DNA of 63,229 nucleotides, filler included, from Candidatus Aminicenantales bacterium (GCA_049512315.1; 6 parts of 6 records of this genome joined end to end with filler, not necessarily neighbours in it); one strand, 5' to 3'; positions 28,026 through 39,864 are shown, numbered from the whole stretch's first letter. A program made the numbers and translations. Notes: a model not told the origin generated them from the sequence alone.

Positions 28026-29828
28026 TTATTTGACCGTCGCGCCGGCGGTGTCCTTGATCCGGCCTTCCGACTTGTAGTGGACGAACTTCAGGGACTTCAT
28101 GTAGTCGCGAACGATCGTGTACTCGTTGAGATCGGTTGGCAGGCTCACTAGCTGGCCATTGGGATGACCAGCGTCCTTGGTCAGGGCGTTCAGAAAGCCG
28201 AAGACCTGATCGCTCATCGCGACAAAATAAGGCTTTCCGAGATTATCGGGGTAGACGGATTCGCCGTTGACTTTCACGGAATTGGGATCGACCCGGCTCC
28301 CCGGATCGTTATTCGAGTTATATTTATAGGTCAGTCCGGACGCCTGGACGGCGAGGTCCGTCGTGATGAGGGTCACATTGTCCGCCGCGTACTCGAGCCC
28401 GCCGATGAGTACCTGGCCGTATAGAGGAACGACGACAAGCTTGAAGTCGAGTCCGGACACCTGATCGTAGCCGTAAGGGACGGACCGCAGGATATTGTTC
28501 CCCACCACCTTTCCGGCCCAGATATCGGCACCCAGATATCCCAGGACGTCCAGCGCGCAATCCACTTGAAAGCCGGCCTTCGTCAGGCGATTCCTATAGG
28601 CATCGGTCACGAGGTTCCCCAGCGGTGTATCTCTGTTCGGGCTATTGGCGGGCCAGGACTTCAGGACGTCGCGGAGGGCCAGGGCGATGTGCTGGCTGTA
28701 GACAGGGCCGAAGCGCAGGTCGCTGACGACGCCGGCCCGGACCCTATTTACGATCGTCCGGACCTGAGGGTCTTCTTTGATCCGGCCATCGACACGATGC
28801 AGCACCCATTTATCCAGCGTGACGGCGACGGGATGGACGTTCATATCGACGTTCAACTTCAGCTCGCCCAGGTACCAGCCGAATTGCCCGGCCTGGACGA
28901 TGATGACCTTGCCGCCTGACGGAGAGTCCAGGACATAGGGCTGCGCATAAGCATCATGAGAGTGGCCCCCGATGATCACATCAATATAGGGCACTTTGGC
29001 CGCCAGGACGTTGACATCCACGTACGTGCCGAGATGGGACACGCAGATGACCACGTCACACTGGCCATTGATTGGGTCGTCTGGGTTCTTCAGTCCCCTT
29101 GCTATCTTGGCAGCATAAGCCCAGAGAGTTTTCGTCTGGTCCGGATCATCGTATGGATAAGGGAACATCGCGTTCACGGCATCCGAATAATTCTGCGGCT
29201 CCTGGGTGACGAGCCCGAAGATCCCGACCTTGACCCCGCCCACCGTCTGGATGATCGACGGTTTCACCGTGTTCTTGAGAAACTGAAGAGATGAGCTGGT
29301 TCCGGAGAAATCCACGTTGGCGCAGAGGATCGGGAGATTCACCGGCCTATCACCGGCGATCTGCCCGCTGAGTACACCGGCCAGCGCGTCGACACCCAGG
29401 TCGAACTCGTGGTTCCCGAGTTCCATGGCGTCATACAGGTTCTCCATGATCCTGAGCTCAGGATAGCCCAGATACTTGTTAAACTCGAACGACCCCACGA
29501 AGACGTCGCCGGCGTTGAGGGCCAGGACGTTTTTGTCCGCCGCCCTTAGCTTCTTAATGAGCGTGGCCATCCGAGCGATGCCGGCATAATCCTGATTGAA
29601 GGGAAAATGCCAGACGTCCCAAAGGCCGGCCCCCACCCCGGACGAAGGCTTCGGTTCAGACCCTACGGCCGGGATGAACCCCGTCTCGAAGGGCACCATC
29701 GCCGAGTGCGTGTCGTTGGTGTGAAGGATGGTCAGTTTCCTCGGTTGGTTCGTCTGGGCGCAGGAAAAGACCGCCAGGCCCAGCACCAGGACCGCGACCC
29801 AAAAAACCCTGAAACCCCTCTGATTCAT
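28026..29828 (-). CDS. bifunctional metallophosphatase / 5'-nucleotidase, exported
   Basis: HTNDTH, AGD, GNHEFD, SHLG, GGHSH, LGNLVTDA. Confidence 0.93.
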   Translation of the reverse strand: MNQRGFRVFWVAVLVLGLAVFSCAQTNQPRKLTILHTNDTHSAMVPFETGFIPAVGSEPKPSSGVGAGLWDVWHFPFNQDYAGIARMATLIKKLRAADKNVLALNAGDVFVGSFEFNKYLGYPELRIMENLYDAMELGNHEFDLGVDALAGVLSGQIAGDRPVNLPILCANVDFSGTSSSLQFLKNTVKPSIIQTVGGVKVGIFGLVTQEPQNYSDAVNAMFPYPYDDPDQTKTLWAYAAKIARGLKNPDDPINGQCDVVICVSHLGTYVDVNVLAAKVPYIDVIIGGHSHDAYAQPYVLDSPSGGKVIIVQAGQFGWYLGELKLNVDMNVHPVAVTLDKWVLHRVDGRIKEDPQVRTIVNRVRAGVVSDLRFGPVYSQHIALALRDVLKSWPANSPNRDTPLGNLVTDAYRNRLTKAGFQVDCALDVLGYLGADIWAGKVVGNNILRSVPYGYDQVSGLDFKLVVVPLYGQVLIGGLEYAADNVTLITTDLAVQASGLTYKYNSNNDPGSRVDPNSVKVNGESVYPDNLGKPYFVAMSDQVFGFLNALTKDAGHPNGQLVSLPTDLNEYTIVRDYMKSLKFVHYKSEGRIKDTAGATVK

Positions 29829-29931
29829 AGAAAAATCCTCCTTTTTAGGATATCCGCTTGCTTGGCTGACTGTTGGCCGAAGTCTATCATTACTTCCTCG
29901 GCTTTACAATACATCCCCGGCAGGGCAAAGT

Positions 29932-29975
29932 TGTCAAGAAGTTGTCAAGAAAATGCAAAGAATCGGTCAAAACTT
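29932..29975 (-). promoter_or_regulatory. four 11-bp-period repeats upstream of the 5'-nucleotidase gene
   Basis: tgtcaagaagt tgtcaagaaaa tgcaaagaatc ggtcaaaactt. Confidence 0.5.
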
Positions 29976-30324
29976 GGGCATTCCGCAGAGGTTGCGGACT
30001 CGGAGGGAGTCCCTCCGGCAGGGAGCGGATTCCGAGGAGCGACCAGCAGAAGTGTGGCGGAGCGGCCCGGAGCCGCACTTCTGGTAAATATCTGAAACGA
30101 GTCTTTGCGTATTGCTCCTGGGACTGTCCCTCTTTTCCATCCGTGCCCGCGTCGCATGTTTTCTCCGGGACATCCCCCCTGCGTCCGCTGATTTATTTAA
30201 CAATGATTCGAGAAGGCTAAACCGCTTGATCACGTTCCGACCATTCCCCGCGGCCTTCTTCAGGGAAGGGGCCACTTATCGTTTTTATTAAGAAGATTGG
30301 AGGAAACGGGGACTACTCGATTTT

Positions 30325-31479
<1,155 letters not shown>

Positions 31480-31673
31480 GATGGCTCCTTCCAGCCTGTC
31501 CTCAAGGAACAATAAACGACGCCCCGCCTGAAGAATTATCAACTTGGGCCGAAAAAGTCAACCGGGCTATTTTGGGATTTTTCAGCCGACCTGTCAATTT
31601 TCCCGTCACCGGGCGCGACTGAACTCGATGGACAATGCCCGCAAGAAGGGTTATTTTAATGAGCGGCGCGAGG

Positions 31674-33086
31674 ATGAAACACCGTCATCTTCTCTTCCTC
31701 CTCCTCTTTTCCGGCCTGCTCATTTTCATCCGGTGCGGGTCGACCGCCCCGCCGGCACAGTCCCAGCCGCAGGTCGTCGTGACCGTGGACTCGGCCGCCG
31801 TCATCCGGCAGGTCGAGCCCGGACTCATCCTCGGGGCGAACCTCGGCTGCTGGGTCTCGAACACGAAGCTCGGGGCTCCGACACAGGCCCTCTTCAGGGA
31901 CCTCCGGCCCTCGGTCGCCCGCTTTCCCGGCGGGAACCTGTCGAACAACTACTGCTGGGTGACTCAGAAGGTCAGCGACAACAACCATGTCCAGTGGGAC
32001 GATTGGAGCTGGGGCATCGACGTCGGTCAATACATTGCCTTCCTGAAAGCCATCGGCTGCGTCCCCATGTTCTCCCTGAATCCCTTCGACCACACTATTG
32101 ACGGGCAGGCCCACAGCGCCGTTTCCGAGGCGTCGGACCTGGCCGGCCTCTTCGTCGCCAACGGTTTCTCGGGGGCTTATTACGAAGTCGGGAACGAGAA
32201 CGACGGCTCCTGGAACCCCATGCTCAGCCTCGACGCCTACACGGACCGGTTCGTCCTCCTGACGACGGCCGTTAAAGCGGCGGACCCGGCGGCCCAGTCC
32301 TTGGGTCCCGTCGTTTCGGGGTACAACATGACCTGGATCAACGGTTTTTTGGACGGCCTCCAGGGCCGCGGAGCCCTCGGCCTTCTCGATTGGATCAGCT
32401 ATCACCACTACGGCGGGTGGATCGCCAACGACAACCAGAACAGGATCAACCTCGACGACCCGCAGGCCTTCGGCCAGGAGCTGGTGACCATCCGGAACAC
32501 CCTGGCCGCCCACGGAGCGTCCCGCGTCCGGATCGCCGTCACGGAGATGAACGCCGCGATCTGGGGCGACGGGTGCACGCGGGACCAGTTCACGATCAAC
32601 CAGGGGCTCTGGCTGGCCGACGCCCTCGGGGCCTGTTTCCTCGGCGCCGACGCGGCGAACGTCTGGATCCATCTCCACCCGGGCGCCGACCCCCATTCCC
32701 TGATCGACGACGGGCCGGACCCGCCGGCGCCGACCAGGAACTACTGGCCCGTGGCCCTCGCCGCCCAGACCCTGTCGTCGTCCATTCCAACGGCAATGGT
32801 CTCGGTCCTGACCGTGACCCTGAACACCCAGCCGGCAGCCATGTCCGGATACGCCGTGAGGAAAAGCGACGGCAGCCTAGGCGTTCTTCTCATCAACAAA
32901 AGCACCCAGAGCCTGGACGTCGCTATCGACCTTCCCGATTTACCGCAGAGCGTAATTGGCCGGCGGATCGGTCAGACCGAGTACGAGGCCGTATCCGGAC
33001 CCGCCCTGATGACCGTCAAGGTGGAATCGCGTCGGGTCCGCTGCACGGTGCCGGGCTCATCCATCGCGGGTTTCGACATCCGCTGA
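31674..33086 (+). CDS. exported clan GH-A glycoside hydrolase (GH44/51/79-like)
   Basis: RFPGGNLSN, YEVGNE, SYHHY, VTEMN; C-terminal beta-sandwich (LLINKS). Confidence 0.75.
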   Translation: MKHRHLLFLLLFSGLLIFIRCGSTAPPAQSQPQVVVTVDSAAVIRQVEPGLILGANLGCWVSNTKLGAPTQALFRDLRPSVARFPGGNLSNNYCWVTQKVSDNNHVQWDDWSWGIDVGQYIAFLKAIGCVPMFSLNPFDHTIDGQAHSAVSEASDLAGLFVANGFSGAYYEVGNENDGSWNPMLSLDAYTDRFVLLTTAVKAADPAAQSLGPVVSGYNMTWINGFLDGLQGRGALGLLDWISYHHYGGWIANDNQNRINLDDPQAFGQELVTIRNTLAAHGASRVRIAVTEMNAAIWGDGCTRDQFTINQGLWLADALGACFLGADAANVWIHLHPGADPHSLIDDGPDPPAPTRNYWPVALAAQTLSSSIPTAMVSVLTVTLNTQPAAMSGYAVRKSDGSLGVLLINKSTQSLDVAIDLPDLPQSVIGRRIGQTEYEAVSGPALMTVKVESRRVRCTVPGSSIAGFDIR

Positions 33087-33137
33087 CGTCCCTTCCGGAA
33101 AATTCAGTTGAAAGGGTTCCGGGATTTGCCGAGCCGG

Positions 33138-34349
33138 TCAGTCCGCCAGGCCGGCCCCGGCCGGCCGGGGCGGCTTCAAGACCTGGGAAGGGAGCGTTCC
33201 CCACTCCACCATGTCCGTGCACCGGGCGGCGAGTGTCAGATACAGGATGATAGGAAGATACTGCGGCTCCGGCGTCGCAGCGACCAGCAAGAACGTGAAG
33301 GCCGCCGTCAGCATGGCTGGAAAAAGGCCGAGCCGCGGGGCCGCCAGGATCGACAGGCCGAGAATGATCACGGCCGCAATGGGATAAACCCCGCCCAGGC
33401 CCAGCCATTCGAGTGGGCCGGAGAGGACGTTGGGGTAGAACGTCGTCAGGGCGGCCCGGTCCTTGAGGACGAGGTTGAAGAGGACGGTGTTCTTGAAAAC
33501 GGCCGCGACGCCGAAGGGCGCCATGACGAGGACGGCGGTCGCCAACGCAATGCCCGTGTCCAAGGCGATGGCGACGAGCGACCGGAACTTCCGCCGGTCG
33601 AACTTGTGCCAGTAGTAGGCAGCCATGAGCGGAATGATCAGGAACTTGGTCATCAGGCCAATCCCGAAGACGACGGCGATCAGATAGCGGGTGATCTTTT
33701 GCGGCCTCTCCCGGTCTTTTTTCATCAGCCAGAGGAGCAGGGCCGTGACGAGAAAGGTCAGGGAGGGGTTGGTCTTGATCTCACCGAACAGGAAGATCGG
33801 AAAAAAGGCCATCAGGTATCCCGGCCTGATGGCGGGGAACATCCGGAGCAGGATCAGGCAACAGAGGGCGTTGAGGAGGACCATGACGGCTGTCAGGATT
33901 GCGCTGTTCCATTTTCCGCTGAGCCGGAACGCCAGGTAATAAGGATAGATCTCCGACGGCGGGTAATTGAAATTCCCGTAGACGACCGTTCCGTTCTCGT
34001 CCCTATGGAAGACCGTTCCGCTCGTGTAGGGGTTCCGGCCGCCGTCGATGGCTTCAAAGACGGTGCGGTAAGAGGAGACGATCTCGGCTTGGGGGTCTAT
34101 GGTAGCCAAGCTGTGAATCCCGAACGCGAGGCCGGCCAGCAGGACGGCGGCGAGAACCCCCCTTCGGAAAATCCGGCCGGGAGAAACTTTCCAAAAAAGC
34201 CAGATGACCGCCAGGACTAGCGACAGCTGGAAAGAAAGATCATAGCGGTGCGCGTGAGGGATGGGCTTGAGGATCCACATGACGAGCGAGATCACGACGC
34301 AGAGGATCAACGCTCCGGGCACGAGGTATTTTTTCATGGCCTCAGCCAT
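33138..34349 (-). CDS. polytopic GT-C-fold glycosyltransferase candidate (GT87-like)
   Basis: About 10 TM segments; GRNPY, FNYPP, GLMTKF, PQY; directly downstream of a DPM1-like gene. Confidence 0.6.
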   Translation of the reverse strand: MAEAMKKYLVPGALILCVVISLVMWILKPIPHAHRYDLSFQLSLVLAVIWLFWKVSPGRIFRRGVLAAVLLAGLAFGIHSLATIDPQAEIVSSYRTVFEAIDGGRNPYTSGTVFHRDENGTVVYGNFNYPPSEIYPYYLAFRLSGKWNSAILTAVMVLLNALCCLILLRMFPAIRPGYLMAFFPIFLFGEIKTNPSLTFLVTALLLWLMKKDRERPQKITRYLIAVVFGIGLMTKFLIIPLMAAYYWHKFDRRKFRSLVAIALDTGIALATAVLVMAPFGVAAVFKNTVLFNLVLKDRAALTTFYPNVLSGPLEWLGLGGVYPIAAVIILGLSILAAPRLGLFPAMLTAAFTFLLVAATPEPQYLPIILYLTLAARCTDMVEWGTLPSQVLKPPRPAGAGLAD

Positions 34350-34359
34350 ATCGGGCTCC

Positions 34360-35139
34360 TCACCCGAGGGGATGCAAGCGGTGGTGCCGCCGCCAAACAC
34401 CGAGCACGCCCACGGCACCTTCGAGCTTGGCCCTCAGGCTCATTTTGGACAGGCCGACACGGCGGTCGGCGAAATAGATCGGGACCTCCGCGACCCGGAG
34501 CCCCAGCTTTTCGCTGACGTAGGCCATCTCCACCATGAAGATGTAGCCGTTGGAGCGGATGCGCCCTAGGCCGATCGCCTCGAGCGCCGACCGTCGCCAG
34601 CACTTGAAGCCGGCGGTCGTGTCGTGGGTCTTGAGGCCCAGGATCGTCCGGGCGTAGGCGTTGGCCGACCGGCTCAGGGCGAAACGGCTGAAGCCCCATT
34701 GATCGTCGATGCGGCCGCCGGAAATGTAGCGGGAGCCCACGGCCACGTCGCACTCGGCCAGCTTTTCGACCAAACGCGGGACGTCGGCTGGCGAATGGGA
34801 AAAATCCGCGTCCATCTGGACGATCGCGTCGGCCCTGCTCTCCAGGGCAAGACGGAAGCCATCCAGATACGCGAGGCCAAGACCGCGGGGGCCGTGCCGA
34901 TGCAGCACGGCCATGCGCCCTGCCGAGGCGGCGGCCAGCTCGTCCGCCAAGCGGCCCGTGCCGTCGGGAGACTCGTCATCGACGACGAGGAGGCTTAGGC
35001 CGGGGATGGGCAGAACGAACAGGGCCTCGGCCATGGCCGCCAGGTTTCCCACCTCGTTGAATGTGGGCACAACGGCAATGACCTTCACCCTATCACTCCG
35101 TTCATCCGGATTATCCATGACCCACGGAGGGTCAGCCAT
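34360..35139 (-). CDS. polyprenol monophosphomannose synthase-like GT2
   Basis: PTFNE, VDDESPDGT, QMDADFSH, GSRY, D.TAGFK. Confidence 0.9.
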   Translation of the reverse strand: MADPPWVMDNPDERSDRVKVIAVVPTFNEVGNLAAMAEALFVLPIPGLSLLVVDDESPDGTGRLADELAAASAGRMAVLHRHGPRGLGLAYLDGFRLALESRADAIVQMDADFSHSPADVPRLVEKLAECDVAVGSRYISGGRIDDQWGFSRFALSRSANAYARTILGLKTHDTTAGFKCWRRSALEAIGLGRIRSNGYIFMVEMAYVSEKLGLRVAEVPIYFADRRVGLSKMSLRAKLEGAVGVLGVWRRHHRLHPLG

Positions 35140-35255
35140 TCAACCCCGGCGGACAAGCATTCCTCTCCATTTTCCATTTTCTTTATAACTCAAAGGGCCA
35201 TGATAAGTTACAAACCTCCTCTTCCGCGGTCCCTCGTGACCGGCGGGGCCACCGG

Positions 35256-36407
35256 CTATACGGGCTCGGCCCAGGCATGGGCGCGGGCGCCCTTGTAGGC
35301 GGCCTCCATCACGCTCACCCGGGCCGCGGCCTCGTGCGGCGTGACCAGAGGAAGACCTTTTTTGCCGGCCACGGCGTCGACGAACTGGTCCATCGGCGCC
35401 GGCAGGGCCTGGGGCAGCTCGAGCCACGGCCCCTCCCCGGTCGCCCCCGCGACCTTCTCGCAGGTGAAATAGAGCTTGTCGTTGATGATTGCGGCGTGGC
35501 CCTCCGTGCCGCTGATCAGGAGCGAGACGGGATTAACCACGTCCACCCAGCCGGCGGCCAGGGTGCCGATGACCCCGCTCCTGAACCGGAGGATGGCCTC
35601 GCCGGTCTCGTCGCAGTCGCCGTAGCGGCCCGTGACAACCTTGATGTCCGCCGCGACCGACGCCACGTCGCCCAGGAGCCACATCAGGATGTCCAGGGAG
35701 TGGGTGCCCAGGTCGCCGAAGGCCCCGACGCCGGCGATTTTCGGGTCGGCCATCCATCGCCATTCCTTGTCGAACCAGCCGCCGAGCGAGCCGCTGTGGC
35801 AGTTCGAGCCCCGGGCCCGGGTGATCTTTCCGAAGCTCCCCCTGGCGACCTGGTCCTTGAGGAAAAGATGGTGGGCTTGGGTCCGCATGAAATACCCGGT
35901 CGTGAAGAGCAGGCCCGCCTTCTCGATGGCCGCGGCCATTTCGGCGCTCTCCCGGGCCGTGATGCCGAGCGGCTTTTCGACGAACATGTGTTTGTTCGCT
36001 TTCGCGGCGGCCAGGACCAGGTCATGGTGACGGTTGGTCTCCGAACAGATCACGACGGCGGAGACCTCGCGGTCCGACCAGATCTCACTCAAGTCGGCGG
36101 CTTGTTTGGCCTCCAATTCAGCGGCCCGCCGGGCGGCCCGGGCCGGATCGTGGTCCCAAACGTATTTGACCTTGACGTCCGGACGCTTCCCCAGGAGGCC
36201 GACGTAGCTCGGCGTGTGGATATGGGCGCAGCCGACAAATGCGAGCGTCACGGTTCTGGGCGGCTCCTGAGCGAGCGCAAGGCCCGTCTTGCCGATCACG
36301 GCAGTCGTGACGGCGGCGGCTCCAGCCGTCTTGATAAAATCGCGGCGGCTGACGGATTTCTCTGGCGAAAGGGACGGCTTGAGGTCTTGGGGTTGATGGC
36401 TTGACAT
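35256..36407 (-). CDS. Gfo/Idh/MocA oxidoreductase with Tat signal
   Basis: SRRDFIK Tat motif; EKP; GAFGDLGTHSLD. Confidence 0.92.
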   Translation of the reverse strand: MSSHQPQDLKPSLSPEKSVSRRDFIKTAGAAAVTTAVIGKTGLALAQEPPRTVTLAFVGCAHIHTPSYVGLLGKRPDVKVKYVWDHDPARAARRAAELEAKQAADLSEIWSDREVSAVVICSETNRHHDLVLAAAKANKHMFVEKPLGITARESAEMAAAIEKAGLLFTTGYFMRTQAHHLFLKDQVARGSFGKITRARGSNCHSGSLGGWFDKEWRWMADPKIAGVGAFGDLGTHSLDILMWLLGDVASVAADIKVVTGRYGDCDETGEAILRFRSGVIGTLAAGWVDVVNPVSLLISGTEGHAAIINDKLYFTCEKVAGATGEGPWLELPQALPAPMDQFVDAVAGKKGLPLVTPHEAAARVSVMEAAYKGARAHAWAEPV

Positions 36408-36458
36408 GGACGAAAAATAGCACCAACGGTCAAGGCCTGTCAACGGAGGAAAACGAAT

Positions 36459-36533
36459 CAGGGACTGGGTTATGATATACTTTGAGAAAACAATCTATTT
36501 TGGCGATCGTTTGGGGGAACGTGCTTAAATGCA
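36459..36533 (+). repeat. 75-bp dispersed repeat with extended -10 (family D, copy 1)
   Basis: Aligns without gaps to 42515-42589; TGATATACT and GGGGAACGTGCTTAAATGCA identical. Confidence 0.7.
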
Positions 36534-36550
36534 AAGACGCGAGGGAGTCC

Positions 36551-38284
36551 ATGAGATCATCTAAAAGAAATCTTCCTGTTTTGGCCAGGCTATTGTTTGC
36601 CGTCCTCGGCGTAGCCGTATTGGCCTTGGGCTCGCACTCGAAGGCGCCAGCTGCGCCCGATTTCGATATCATAATCTGCAAAGGGCATATCGTCGACGGC
36701 ACGGGGGCACCGTGGTTCCGCGGCGATATTGGAATTCAGGGCGATCGGATCAAAGCGATCGGCGATCTAATTACGGCCTCGGCGCGAAAACGCATCGATG
36801 CCGCCGGCCTGGTCATTGCCCCGGGCTTTATTGATATGCTGGGTCAGTCCGAGTTCAACTTGCTCGTCGACAACCGCGCCGCGAGCAAGATCACTCAGGG
36901 TGTGACGACGGAGGTTACCGGCGAGGGAACGTCCATCGCTCCGCTCAATGACCGGATGATCGAGGAGGCGTCGCCGACGTATCAACACTTCGGCGTGACT
37001 GCCGACTGGAGGACATTGGCAGATTATTTTCAACGCTTAGACGAACGGACCCACCCGGCGATCAATCTTGCGACATTCGTCGGAGCAGGCGGTGTACGTC
37101 GTTACGTGATTGGCGAAGACGACCGGCAAGCCACGCCTCAAGAACTCGAACAGATGAAAAAGCTCGTGGCCGAGGCCATGGAACAGGGCGCCCTCGGCTT
37201 GAGTTCAGCTTTACAATACATGCCCGACCGTTTTGCGACCACCGATGAACTGATTGCCCTAGCTGGAGTCGCGTCAAGCTACGGTGGCATCTATCTCACA
37301 CACCAGCGCTCTGAAGCTAACCAAATCTTCGAGTCTCTCAAAGAGGTTTTCACAATTGCGGAAAAAGCTCATATCCCAGCTGAGATCTGGCACCTTAAGG
37401 TCGCCTATAAAGCCAATTGGGGCAAAATGGCTGAGGTGCTGGCCCGAATCGAAGACGCGCGGGCCAAAGGGCTCGACATCACGGCAAATCAGTACCCATA
37501 CATTCGGGCATCCAACGGCCTCGATGCCTGCCTCCCGCTTTGGGCTCTTGAGGGAGGAGTCGACAAAATGCTGGCGCGCCTGAAGGATCCCGAGCAGCGC
37601 GCACACATCAAAAAAGAGATGGACGATCCGACCGTAACCGCTTGGGAGAATCAGTGGTCCGGGGCCGGCGGCGGGGACGGAATTATGCTCGTTACGGTCC
37701 TTAATAAGGATTTGAAGAAGTATGAAGGAATGAATATGACCGAAATCGGCAAGCAGCTCGGCAAAGATCCGCGCGATGTCGTCATGGACTTCATCATGGC
37801 CGACAAGGGGCGAAGCTCTTGCGTCACTTCGATCATGAACGAAGAGGACGTGCGGACGGCACTGAGAAACCCGCTTGTCTCGATCTGTACCGATTCGGAG
37901 GCGGGGGCGGAAGATGGGCCGTTGTCTGAATCGAAGTCTCACCCTCGCGCCTGGGGCACATTCAGCCGTATTCTGGGAAAATACGTCCGCGATGAAAAGC
38001 TCCTCAGGCTCGAAGAAGCCATCCGGAAGATGACCTCGCTGCCGGCGTCTCGTGTAGGGTTCCGTGACAGGGGGATTCTCAGGCCAGGGATGATGGCAGA
38101 TGTGGTGGTTTTCGATCCAGCCACAGTCCGGGACGTTGCGACCTTTGAAGATCCGAGTCATTACTCGGTCGGGATGAAATACGTGTTTGTGAATGGGCAG
38201 GCGGTCGTCGCTGAAGGTCAGATCACCTCAAATCGTCCGGGCCGTGCGCTGCGTGGACCGGGATATCATCGGCATACCCGATAA
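36551..38284 (+). CDS. N-acyl-D-amino-acid deacylase (amidohydrolase family)
   Basis: APGFIDM, QGVTTEVTGE, HPRAWGTF, EAIRKMT, VFVNG. Confidence 0.92.
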   Translation: MRSSKRNLPVLARLLFAVLGVAVLALGSHSKAPAAPDFDIIICKGHIVDGTGAPWFRGDIGIQGDRIKAIGDLITASARKRIDAAGLVIAPGFIDMLGQSEFNLLVDNRAASKITQGVTTEVTGEGTSIAPLNDRMIEEASPTYQHFGVTADWRTLADYFQRLDERTHPAINLATFVGAGGVRRYVIGEDDRQATPQELEQMKKLVAEAMEQGALGLSSALQYMPDRFATTDELIALAGVASSYGGIYLTHQRSEANQIFESLKEVFTIAEKAHIPAEIWHLKVAYKANWGKMAEVLARIEDARAKGLDITANQYPYIRASNGLDACLPLWALEGGVDKMLARLKDPEQRAHIKKEMDDPTVTAWENQWSGAGGGDGIMLVTVLNKDLKKYEGMNMTEIGKQLGKDPRDVVMDFIMADKGRSSCVTSIMNEEDVRTALRNPLVSICTDSEAGAEDGPLSESKSHPRAWGTFSRILGKYVRDEKLLRLEEAIRKMTSLPASRVGFRDRGILRPGMMADVVVFDPATVRDVATFEDPSHYSVGMKYVFVNGQAVVAEGQITSNRPGRALRGPGYHRHTR

Positions 38285-38389
38285 GGAGCGCCGGAGCTCC
38301 GCCGATGGTCAAGGAAACACTTTTCATGAGCGCGTTTGGAAGAGGATGAGAGAGATAGGGAAAATCCGGGGAAAACAAGAATATAAGGC

Positions 38390-38445
38390 TGGCAGGGCCA
38401 CGGGGATTCGAACCCCGGTCTGATGGCTGAGAACCACCTGTGTCC
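38390..38445 (-). pseudogene. tRNA-Glu(CTC)-like 3' fragment (att remnant)
   Basis: Minus strand GGACACAGGTGG-TTCTCAG-CCATCAGACCGGGGTTCGAATCCCCGTGGCCCTGCCA; 5' acceptor strand missing; arm-like TGATGACA/TGGTGACG repeats near 38520. Confidence 0.78.
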
Positions 38446-38585
38446 CCTTCTTCATACTGCCTTCAATTCATTGAATTGAATAGGATTAGCGGCCAGTTTC
38501 CATTATGCGAGGAAAACTGATGACATTCTGGTGACGAAGCCGTTACGTTTTTCTCCTGGGGCTTGTCCAACAACCGGACTGTTGC

Positions 38586-39253
38586 TGCTTGACGTCAGCG
38601 AGATTCGGACAGGGATTGATTTCTCCTAAGCTATGGTTTCCAATAACAAAACCAAGCTGGGAGGAATGAATGACAGGGAAACAGGGAAGCTCACCCGAAT
38701 CGATTGTCCGGGAGATCAAGCGATAGACCCGCCGGAAGTTCACTGCCGAGGAAAAGATCCGGATCGTCCTCGAGGGCCTGCGGGGCGAGGCCGGCATTAC
38801 CGACCTCTGCCGGAAGGAAGGCATCCATCCCACGATGTACTACAAGTGGAGCAAGGCGTTCCTCACATGAAGTATACGCAGTCAGAGAAGATAAAGATCA
38901 GTTGGGGCTGGTATTATCTGTCGACGATGATGGATGACTTCTCGCGCTATATCACCGCCCGGCAGCTCTGCGTTGACCAAAATGGTTCGGGAGTGGGTGG
39001 ACTATTACAATCACCAGCGGTATCACGAGGCCATCGACAACGTGACCCCCGCAGACAAGTATTACGGAAGGGACCGCGTGATCCTGAAAAAGAGGGAAAA
39101 GGTCCGCACAGAGACCATGAAGATGCGGAGGGAGTTGAACCGGATGGCGATGCTTGAAGCCTTGCCAAACGGCGTCAGCTAAATTATCATAAGAGACGGA
39201 ATCCGTAGCTTGGGAAATCAGCTCGCGAATCGGAAACCGCCTGACGACGAACA
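38586..39253 (+). mobile_element. internally deleted IS3-family element
   Basis: orfA remnant RRKFTAEEKIRIVLEGLRGE (with in-frame stop); orfB pieces WGWYYLSTMMDDFSRYI and YYNHQRYHEAIDNVTPAD; imperfect TG..CA terminal IRs. Confidence 0.88.
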
Positions 39254-39593
39254 ACCTGACATAGAAAACGGCTGAAGGAGAAATTAACTCCAGACCGACC
39301 ATATTCCGCTATGAAAAACCTCACTGTTGAATTCCCGACTATGAATCTGGCAGCGATCCTCTGTTCCTGAAGATGGCTTCCCCTCATATCCGCATAGCCT
39401 AGAGGGCCTGGGAACTGGCCCCGCCACGTCCGGCTGGGGCTCGGTCTTTTTAAGCGCCTGCCGCGCCCGCGCCGCCCAGCGCCTTGAGTTTTGCGCCCTG
39501 GGGGGAGTAGCGCAGGAAAGTTATGAGTTGGTTTACTGACTGACCCCCTTTGGTGAGCATTTTATCCTGCGAGCGTGGCGCAACCTCCAGGGC

Positions 39594-39693
39594 NNNNNNN
39601 NNNNNNNNNNNNNNNNNNNNNNNNNNNNNNNNNNNNNTTAATTAATTAANNNNNNNNNNNNNNNNNNNNNNNNNNNNNNNNNNNNNNNNNNNN
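39594..39693. other. artificial contig spacer
   Basis: N44-TTAATTAATTAA-N44. Confidence 0.99.
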
Positions 39694-39864
39694 GATTTTT
39701 TCATGTGATTCAATTCCTTTCACACCCGAGTATAGAGAAAGGAGGGTTAGAAGACCGTTAGAGGAATATTAAGTTCCTCTAATGTTTTCTTGGAACAGCC
39801 GGGTCCCCGGAAACCGCGGAGAACCTGGCCGGGGGCCGGATGGGCAGGAAAAGAACTGCCGCCG

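Noticed and set aside
30046..30135. Hairpin CAGAAGTGTGGC..GCCGCACTTCTG and GGGACTGTCCC (similar GGGGACACGTCCCC at 59643)
   Set aside because: Possibly REP-like, but too few and too short to support a family call.
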